Shown: piece by piece, positions 37,301 to 42,589 of the stretch
Layout: each line of letters starts with the position of its first letter
Numbering within the stretch: position 1 is the first letter of the stretch
Source: an uncultured Oscillospiraceae bacterium
GTDB lineage: Bacteria; Bacillota; Clostridia; Oscillospirales; Acutalibacteraceae
Length of the DNA: 42,589 nucleotides
Direction of reading: 5' to 3'
Assembly (NCBI GenBank): GCA_905193585.1
Contig: CAJJPG010000001.1
Coordinates: 1-42,589 of the forward strand
Position numbers and translations under genes: made by a program
Notes under the pieces: generated by a model
What the model was told of the DNA's origin: nothing
What the model saw: only the letters and a program-made list of their open reading frames with translations
Database searches by the model: none

Positions 37301-38684
37301 CGCATACATTTGCCATTCCCACAAGGGCTATATAACCCCCTGTGTAGTCCTCGGGCAAAATTTCTACCAGCTGCTCCGGATTGTTTCCGTCGCCCGATAT
37401 TTTAACGGTCACTCTGCCGTATCTTACGGATATTGTCATTGTATGTACGGTTTCGCGGCTATACCCTGCAGGTGCCTGAGTCACAGCCGAAAAATCATTA
37501 CCGCGAACACATAGCGCGCCTTCGGCGGTTGCATAGCAGAAGTATCCGCCGTCCTTATAATATGCAAAATTACCGGGGTTCTTTATTCCGAAAATAACAC
37601 CCGGATACATATAACCGTAGCCGCCGCTCTCTTTCCTCTGCATATTAACGGTCAGCTCAAAATATTTATACTGCTTAACATTATAAACCAATGTTGATGT
37701 GTAAAGATCTTCGTCATATTCGACCCTCGGCAGAGTATCCGGGTTTCTCCAAATGCTTCCGTCCTCCTTATGCTGCCAATAGTCCGTGTAATTTTCCACG
37801 AGCTTCATTCCGTTTTTAATGCTCTCGGCATAGTAGCAATCGAATTTCTTCATATCCTCGGAATTTGAAAGCCCGATATATTCCTTAATCGGCATAGGAA
37901 CAACATCTCCGCCCAAATCGGTAACACTGAAATTGCGGAACTGGCAACCGCCCGTTCCTGCAGCAAATCCTATTTTGCCGCCGTAATAATCGTCGCCCAA
38001 GGTAAACTGTTCGGAATATGCGGCTTTAGTGCCCTGCTTTACCGTTACGGTAACAGCCTTACCCATCACTCTTACCGTAACCTTTGACCATAATGCAAGA
38101 CTGCCGTATTCACCGGTTTTCGTATGGTCGGTATTGTCGCTTTGGGTTTTGTACTCTCCGTCGGTAATGCCCTTTAAATTTATAATACCCTCGTTATAAA
38201 GCCACACCGAGTAGCCACCGCCCTCGGCATTGACCCACGACATAGGGTCCTGAACTCCGAAAATCAGCTTTGGCAGCACCTGCCAGTTTGCAGGCACAAC
38301 CCTGAACTCCGCAGTCATTTCAAAATTGCGGTAGGCTTGTTTTCTGTAAAGAGCCGTGGTAACAACATCGTCCTGTGCGTCCCAAATTTTGTAATCGCCC
38401 GATGTGTGATTTCCGGTAGAGGTGCAGGTATGCTTTACTATTCGGCTTACGACCGAAAAGTATTTTTCGGGCTCTGCTGCCGAAAGACCTGCGGTAACGG
38501 CACTCTCGCCGTGATAAACATTAAAATTCTCGGCAAGCACAGCGGCGTCCTTAAAGACGATCGAATCTGTTGTGCTGTCGGAATCAGCTAAAGAATATAT
38601 TGAGCAGGTTCCGCATATAACCGCAATTATTGTAAAAACGGTCAAAACGGCATTGATAAGCTCAGCCCGTTTAACTTTTATCAT
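34338..38684 (-). CDS. Wall-anchored multidomain surface esterase: 2x ConA-like module - Big_4-like Ig - SGNH esterase - Big_2-like Ig - ConA-like - Big_4-like - ConA-like - sorting signal
   Basis: SGNH blocks VACVGDSITYASG, FGVDGA, LGTNDS and DGVHPT lie at about nt 36400-36960. The Big_2-like segment is VKWGTSDSAVADVKNGVVSARKKGSAVITAE. Four copies of the unassigned module lie at about 37910-38555, 37260-37850, 35525-36125 and 34585-35175. The start is reassigned to the ATG at 38684 (MIKVKRAELINAVLTVFTIIAVICG, RBS GAGAGGA). The track ATG at 38717 lies inside a 12-bp stem-loop. Confidence 0.85.
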   Translation of the reverse strand: MIKVKRAELINAVLTVFTIIAVICGTCSIYSLADSDSTTDSIVFKDAAVLAENFNVYHGESAVTAGLSAAEPEKYFSVVSRIVKHTCTSTGNHTSGDYKIWDAQDDVVTTALYRKQAYRNFEMTAEFRVVPANWQVLPKLIFGVQDPMSWVNAEGGGYSVWLYNEGIINLKGITDGEYKTQSDNTDHTKTGEYGSLALWSKVTVRVMGKAVTVTVKQGTKAAYSEQFTLGDDYYGGKIGFAAGTGGCQFRNFSVTDLGGDVVPMPIKEYIGLSNSEDMKKFDCYYAESIKNGMKLVENYTDYWQHKEDGSIWRNPDTLPRVEYDEDLYTSTLVYNVKQYKYFELTVNMQRKESGGYGYMYPGVIFGIKNPGNFAYYKDGGYFCYATAEGALCVRGNDFSAVTQAPAGYSRETVHTMTISVRYGRVTVKISGDGNNPEQLVEILPEDYTGGYIALVGMANVCGLSRLSVKEVEGELKNVSIARVKAPTAVEVETGVLPEDLKLPESVKIVGSDNEEYTLNVEWSRANYNRFVRGEYTLIGSLSPLIDYDKHSRVIIGDSTAEIKVRVKGKEDLSPVRVACVGDSITYASGTEQGYPWQMRKLLGGKYDIENFGVDGATLLKSGDNPYTSSSAFTASKAFAPNIVVIMLGTNDSKPQNWSLNDSYADDYKALIAEYKALPSNPTVYVALSPAVATDNYDISAETVKNEIVPLQRKIAKAAGCDVIDIYSLTEGHSLWYADGVHPTKSGYGFIAAEIAKRIVLPGPLESFTLGRESDYIFEGETETYYPCFSPAKITGDDTVKWGTSDSAVADVKNGVVSARKKGSAVITAECQGKTAAVRITVYGKDDEISLPLTSSDDTAGFDCYYADDAERGLEIQNSYSPFWEISEKGIARTKETVGDMKWGEKYLSSLLFAKRKYHNFELTVDIQRDEVGEYNYPMVVFGIKNPAEYITKSGGGLAVFPVAEGTPMFLGQINGKYTNIVGKEPAAGYNRTGVHTLKLTVEYNTVTMSVTGADGESLPAPISCELGDTDMDGYIALVGKANICCFKNLKIRPLNNNDVTKVTAEKIISESPEINADVGTDTSEISGLPKTVRVKAADGVIYTAPIEWDFDGYNRYKRGKYTVTGILPDSLLENHIKLYGNGVTLKGVINVTGDKDLIDENTVKFDFNGKSEITENFECYYSSIFSDALKKSDSMKTWEIADGRLHRIDNKFSVKSSGEWSWEKAKTEMSSLVYKGRKYENFELTVDFQRASNTYYWAMIGFGIDDPAAYPLDEGSGILAYLEQEGRPLFWGNDVSAGHTTPYENFEYTGRHTMKLTVKDGIAEMSVDGREPVLKTIIPDEYRGGGYISITTNMNAAYFDNLSITALPDTEEYNTEGFSPDNYPALHSVLKEADAEDTYTYSNGNGVNYPKTGEDGKYRLISIFTLTVSMAYLAAVGYFKVFKKRKER
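34341..34460 (-). other. Sortase-type cell-wall sorting signal with non-canonical YPKTG motif
   Basis: The C-terminal 40 aa read YPKTG-EDGKYR-LISIFTLTVSMAYLAAVGYF-KVFKKRKER. That is a pentapeptide, a hydrophobic span and a basic tail. Confidence 0.6.
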
Positions 38685-38699
38685 CCTACCAATCCTCTC

Positions 38700-38736
38700 T
38701 GACGGAAGCCGATACATAAAGCAGCGGCTTCCGTCA
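38700..38736 (-). promoter_or_regulatory. Strong intercistronic stem-loop with no U-tract, between the two surface-esterase genes
   Basis: Perfect 12-bp inverted repeat TGACGGAAGCCG (38700-38711) / CGGCTTCCGTCA (38725-38736) with a 13-nt loop. It lies 18 nt after the upstream stop and abuts the SD (GAGAGGA) of the downstream gene. Confidence 0.6.
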
Positions 38737-38753
38737 ATATGCTTAGATTAAAA

Positions 38754-41219
38754 TTACGCTTCCGCGATGATTGCTTTTTTGAGCTTTATAAAGTCTAAAA
38801 TATTTACAGACTTATCATCATTCATATCAAGGTCAACACCCTCGCCCGCTGTAGCCGTGCCGAGAAGAATCTTTTTCATTGCAGTAAGGTCAACAGCGTT
38901 AAGTGACCAATTATCGTCAGTATCGCCCTTTATGGCTTTACCGAAAACAGCTTTTGCAAATGCTCTTGCCATAAGCGCGTAACCGCCTGCATTCGGGTGA
39001 ACTCCGTCCGCAAACCAGTTTCCGTGATTTTCGGTAAATGAGTACATATCTACCGTTTTAATGCCAAGCTCTGCGGCTATCTCCCTTTGCTTTGCCGTAA
39101 CAGCCGATATATTGCTTTCTATGTAGCAGGCCGGTGAAATTGCCAAATAAACCTCAGGTTTGTTTTCAAGATACATATACTCCTCTATCAGAGAAGTATA
39201 GTCCGATACGAACTGCTCCTCATTCCAATAGTCGTTCCATGAATCGTTTGTGCCGAGCATCATTATAACGATATCGGGATTGCTTGCAAGGCTGTTTGTA
39301 TACGGTGTACTTCCCACATAAGGTGATTTATCGCTTTGTGCGGTAGCGCCGCAAACCCCGAAATTCATAACCTCGTACCGTGCGCCCAGCAGCTTTTGCA
39401 AAACAGCAGGATATGATTCGCCGACCTCCGCCTTATCACCATAGGTAATGCTGTCGCCCACGCAGGCAACGCGTATCGGGGTAACCTCCACCCCGGTTAC
39501 GGTAACGGTAAGAGTTGCCGTTTGTCCGTTCGGAACTACTCTTTTGCCTTCGGCATTTATTATCTTACCGAGTGTTCCGGTAAAAGTATAATCGCCGGGA
39601 ACAAAGCGGCTGTAGGTCGATGTATCCCATACAACGGGTAAATCGTAGCTGTTTCCGTCGTCGCATAAAACCGATACGGTAGCCGGAAGATTTAACTCCT
39701 CCGCAAAAGTGAGCACAGGTACGCTTAACGCGTTGGGGGTATTGACCGCAATGGCTTTAACAGAGGTATCTGCCTCGCCGCCGAGGTCGGTAACGGAAAA
39801 TCTTATAAATTTCGACTCGCCGGGGCCTGCCGCAAAGCCTACATAACCGCCGTTATAATTCTCCCCGAGATCGAATGAATAAGAATAAGTATTCGGGTCT
39901 GCCCAAAAGTACGTTTTAACCGTAACGGTTGCAACTCCGTTTTCAACACGAACCTTTAAAGTAACAAAGTCATAGCTTAGTCTCTGAAAAGACGCATGGC
40001 TGTCTAAATTATCGTCAAGATTTACGGGTTCGCCGTCAACAATTCCCGCAAAATTGATTACACCCTCATTATAAAGCTGGACCAAATATCCGCCGTCCTC
40101 GCGGTTTACCCAGCTTAAAGGGTTTGTCGCGCCGAATACAAGCTTCGGCAATCTGTCCCATCCTGCACTTCTAAGCTGTACCGACATTTCAAAATTGCGG
40201 TAGGTGCTGTTTTTAACCAACGCCTTTGTTATCGTGTTGTTCACGTTATTCCAACGCTCTTCACCGCTGTACGGGTCATATGCCGATGTGAGAAAACCGT
40301 TTTCATCAAAATTGAAATAATTATCAAATTCGGCTGCCGTGAAATTATCACTCAACGCTTGGTCGCTGTGATAAATGTCAAACTTCCCGAGTATATCGTC
40401 TTTGTTCATTAACTGGCTTTTAACATCGTTAAGTACCTCGCCGCCGAGATCCGTCACGCTCATACTGATAATTTTGCTCACACCCGTACCGAAAACAAAT
40501 CCGATATATCCGCCTCTGTATTCGGCGCCGAGAGCACCTAAATCGTATTCATACGAATACGGCTCAAGTCCGTCATCCTCAACGGTAACCGTAACCTTTT
40601 CACCCTGAACACGCACTGTTAGATTGTACCATGCGTCCCAAAGTTTTTTAAACTTTCCTTGCGCATTGTAATTTGATAAATCTTCTTTTCGAGTAAATTC
40701 GCCGTTGAAAAGCCCGTTAAAATAACTGTTACCCTCGTTATAAAGTCCTACCGTATATCCGCCGTCGCTTGTGTTTATCCAAGCGGTCGGGTCTTGTACC
40801 CCGAATATCACACGCGGTAAAACCGCCCAGTTTTTATCAACATTTATCATGCGCACCTTCAGCTCAAAGTCGCGCATTTTCTTCGCCTTATACAGTGCCG
40901 AGGACACTACCTCGTTTTGCGCCGACCATACATCGACGCAGCCGCCGAGCTCGGTGATTTTATGTATAACGCCGCCCTCGGTAGTTTCAAAGCGTTCGTC
41001 GAAATTAGCCTTTGAAAGACCGCTTGAAGAAGCGCTTGCGCTGCCGTAAACATTGACAGCGTCCTTAATTTCGGCTGCCGAAATTGTAACAGAAGCATTT
41101 TCCCCCTCGGCTGTTGCTGTTAAAAGTCCGCCCACAGGCAATATTGCCGCTGTAAGCGCTAAAGAAAGTGTAAACGAAAGCGCTGTTTTCAAAATCCCCC
41201 GATTCAATATTTTTTTCAT
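38754..41219 (-). CDS. Secreted multidomain esterase: 2x ConA-like module - Big_4-like Ig - SGNH esterase - dockerin
   Basis: 821 aa. The signal peptide ends in ATAEG. The modules lie at about 40430-41060 and 39780-40400. The Ig-like segment is LPATVSVLCDDGNSYDLPVVWD. SGNH blocks: RVACVGDSITYG, FGVCGA, LGTNDS, DGVHPN. RBS GGAGGG sits 7 nt upstream of the ATG. Confidence 0.9.
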   Translation of the reverse strand: MKKILNRGILKTALSFTLSLALTAAILPVGGLLTATAEGENASVTISAAEIKDAVNVYGSASASSSGLSKANFDERFETTEGGVIHKITELGGCVDVWSAQNEVVSSALYKAKKMRDFELKVRMINVDKNWAVLPRVIFGVQDPTAWINTSDGGYTVGLYNEGNSYFNGLFNGEFTRKEDLSNYNAQGKFKKLWDAWYNLTVRVQGEKVTVTVEDDGLEPYSYEYDLGALGAEYRGGYIGFVFGTGVSKIISMSVTDLGGEVLNDVKSQLMNKDDILGKFDIYHSDQALSDNFTAAEFDNYFNFDENGFLTSAYDPYSGEERWNNVNNTITKALVKNSTYRNFEMSVQLRSAGWDRLPKLVFGATNPLSWVNREDGGYLVQLYNEGVINFAGIVDGEPVNLDDNLDSHASFQRLSYDFVTLKVRVENGVATVTVKTYFWADPNTYSYSFDLGENYNGGYVGFAAGPGESKFIRFSVTDLGGEADTSVKAIAVNTPNALSVPVLTFAEELNLPATVSVLCDDGNSYDLPVVWDTSTYSRFVPGDYTFTGTLGKIINAEGKRVVPNGQTATLTVTVTGVEVTPIRVACVGDSITYGDKAEVGESYPAVLQKLLGARYEVMNFGVCGATAQSDKSPYVGSTPYTNSLASNPDIVIMMLGTNDSWNDYWNEEQFVSDYTSLIEEYMYLENKPEVYLAISPACYIESNISAVTAKQREIAAELGIKTVDMYSFTENHGNWFADGVHPNAGGYALMARAFAKAVFGKAIKGDTDDNWSLNAVDLTAMKKILLGTATAGEGVDLDMNDDKSVNILDFIKLKKAIIAEA
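38757..38927 (-). other. Type-I dockerin module (C-terminus of the 821-aa esterase)
   Basis: Two loop-helix repeats: GDTDDNWSLNAVDLTAMKKILLG and DLDMNDDKSVNILDFIKLKKAI. It is clearly diverged from the GH31 dockerin. Confidence 0.8.
40481..41056. repeat. Copy 2 of the ~575-bp near-identical dispersed repeat (partner 22415-22990)
   Basis: See copy 1. It encodes the first ConA-like module of the 821-aa esterase. By eye, that module differs from module 1 of the GH31 at only ~20 residue positions. Confidence 0.9.
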
Positions 41220-41442
41220 TATAAACCCTCCAAAATTATTTTAAAAAACAACCGTGGCGCATAAACAGTCAAAAACACCGCCCTTTCTGTACCCGAACTT
41301 TTAAATTGCTGCACAAAGTGACTTAATTGATAAAGAATATAATCACTTATCTGTGATTGAAAAAGCGTGAGCTCTCGCGTTTGCTGTTGCGTGTTTCAAA
41401 CAGTTACGGTTTCTCATTTGCAAATTATAACCAAAAACAGTA

Positions 41443-41471
41443 TTGACTATTTACATTATTTATTGTATACT
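41443..41471 (+). promoter_or_regulatory. Sigma-A-type promoter for the AraC-family regulator
   Basis: TTGACT (41443-41448), a 17-nt spacer, then TATACT (41466-41471), ~70 nt upstream of the ATG at 41540. A perfect TATAAT on the opposite strand (41429-41424) suggests back-to-back divergent promoters, but I found no good -35 for it. Confidence 0.5.
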
Positions 41472-41539
41472 TCACATAAGGTGTTTTCAATTCTAAAATA
41501 CACCTGTTATATATACAAATCGACTGCAAAGGAAATATT

Positions 41540-42379
41540 ATGCAACATTATAATTTTTTCAGATTATTGGATTCATCCCACAACGATATATCGGATGAAT
41601 CAGCGCCGATCATTGTTAATTGCGGCGGTAAGACCGATACCGATATTCCTTTTGACACCGTGCTTGAAAATCGTACCGACTTTCATTTTCTTTATATAGT
41701 TGATGGCAGCGTAACCGCTTTTATGGATAAAAGGCAAGTCCCGCTGAAAACAGGGGACATTGTTTTTTACCATCCGCACCAAATACACCATTATGAATTT
41801 AACGGTGACGGGCGAATTACATATTATTGGCTTTACTTCACCGGCAAGGATTCCCAAGAGCTGATGGAGCGTTTCGGTTTCAAAAACCAAACCGTAATAA
41901 ACGTGGGCGTAAATACACGCCTTTGCGATATTTTTGAGCATTTGATTTCAGAGCTTATTTTCAGAAAACAGGACTTCACATTTTACGCGGGAACATACCT
42001 TATGCAGCTGTTTTTGGAAATATCGCGTTGTAACTCCTCTGAAAGTCACAAGGCAGATACATCGTACCGTATTGAAAAATCACTTCAATTCCTTATCAAT
42101 AATTTCAAACAGGATATAAGTATTCCCGACCTTGCGTCAATTGAAAATTTGAGTTCAAGCCGTTACCGCTATGTTTTCAAAGAGTTGACCGGAAAATCAC
42201 CGAAGGAATACCTGACAGATGTGCGTATGCAGCGTGCGCGCGATCTGCTCACAACCACAAATCTTTCGGTATCGGATATTGCGGAGCTGGTAGGCTATAA
42301 GAATATGCTGTATTTTTGCCGCATTTTCAAGCAATACAGCGGAATGACCGCCTCGGAGTTTCGCAAAAGACCTTTGTAA
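41540..42379 (+). CDS. AraC/XylS-family transcriptional regulator (cupin sensor + dual HTH)
   Basis: 279 aa. The N-terminus is cupin-like (FHFLYIVDGSV..GDIVFYHPHQIHHYEF). The C-terminal AraC HTH signature runs LSSSRYRYVFKELTGKSPKEYL...LSVSDIAELVGYKNMLYFCRIFKQYSGMTASEFR. It is divergent from the 41-kb cluster. Confidence 0.9.
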   Translation: MQHYNFFRLLDSSHNDISDESAPIIVNCGGKTDTDIPFDTVLENRTDFHFLYIVDGSVTAFMDKRQVPLKTGDIVFYHPHQIHHYEFNGDGRITYYWLYFTGKDSQELMERFGFKNQTVINVGVNTRLCDIFEHLISELIFRKQDFTFYAGTYLMQLFLEISRCNSSESHKADTSYRIEKSLQFLINNFKQDISIPDLASIENLSSSRYRYVFKELTGKSPKEYLTDVRMQRARDLLTTTNLSVSDIAELVGYKNMLYFCRIFKQYSGMTASEFRKRPL

Positions 42380-42589
42380 CTTAATCACGCGCTTAAACAG
42401 GCTTACAGGCAGCAAAGGGAAAACCGCTATTGCTATGCCGAATGCCGTGCTGATTATTGAAAGAATAACCTGTTTAAAGCTGTATCGTCAGGTTTTTCAA
42501 GGATTAAAAGCACATTGTTATTCTCAAAGGCTTTCTTTATTTTTCGCTCTTCTTTTTTCGTGTGTCTGTTCGGATTGTGATGCGGTCGG

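Noticed and set aside
22415-41056. The near-identical repeat pair as the template/variable repeats of a diversity-generating retroelement.
   Set aside because: The mismatches between the copies involve all base types (t/c, c/g, a/g, g/c) rather than being adenine-specific. The repeat is ~575 bp rather than ~100-150 bp. No reverse transcriptase is present in the window.
41259-41290. TTGACT on the minus strand ~50 nt upstream of the 821-aa gene as the -35 of the operon promoter.
   Set aside because: The nearest -10-like hexamer (TAAAAT) is ~24 nt away, outside the 16-18 nt spacing window, and no alternative -10 is present.
42454-42589. A possible 3' end of a minus-strand gene entering from the right edge (frame reads ...KKEERKIKKAFENNNVLLILEKPDDTALNRLFFQ, stop at 42454-42456), convergent with the AraC gene.
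   Set aside because: Only ~44 codons are visible and there are no motifs. This is not enough to support a feature call.
1-42589. A scan for CRISPR arrays, tRNA/rRNA genes, IS elements or transposases, integrases, toxin-antitoxin or restriction/defence genes, and prophage content.
   Set aside because: None were seen. There are no regularly spaced direct repeats, no cloverleaf-like or rRNA-like segments, and no DDE, tyrosine- or serine-recombinase motifs in any frame of the track. The whole window is accounted for by the carbohydrate-utilisation cluster.

Overview
The window is essentially one ~41-kb carbohydrate-utilisation cluster of 22 genes, all on the minus strand, plus a divergently transcribed AraC-family regulator at the right end. 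The host looks like a Gram-positive anaerobe, probably Clostridia / Ruminococcus-like. That is inferred from two type-I dockerin modules, a lipobox, a sortase-type sorting signal and GGAGG-type RBSs. In transcription order (right to left) the genes are: two paralogous multi-domain surface SGNH esterases (one dockerin-borne, one wall-anchored); a lipoprotein SBP; a ~960-aa SBP fused to CBM-like modules; two permeases; an NHL-propeller/TPR/Yip1 membrane protein; a 1649-aa dockerin-bearing GH31; a 757-aa secreted protein of unknown function; two more permeases; a cytoplasmic GH31; a membrane-anchored GH31; two cytoplasmic SGNH esterases; a GH3; a GHL6/GH151-like hydrolase; a GH38; a third cytoplasmic SGNH esterase; then L-fucose isomerase and a class II (fuculose-phosphate type) aldolase, followed by the only clear intrinsic terminator. 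I saw no rRNA, tRNA, CRISPR, transposase, integrase, phage or defence genes. Four things stand out. (1) An unassigned ~200-aa ConA-like beta-sandwich module occurs in nine copies on three surface proteins. (2) One copy of that module is shared almost identically at DNA level (155-nt perfect core) between two genes 18 kb apart. (3) Each extracellular catalytic activity is encoded twice with different anchoring devices. (4) The ABC-importer cassette is non-canonical: a giant CBM-fused SBP, an NHL/Yip1 protein and a 757-aa unknown. All functional calls come from motif recognition by eye. No searches were run and family names are recalled from memory.
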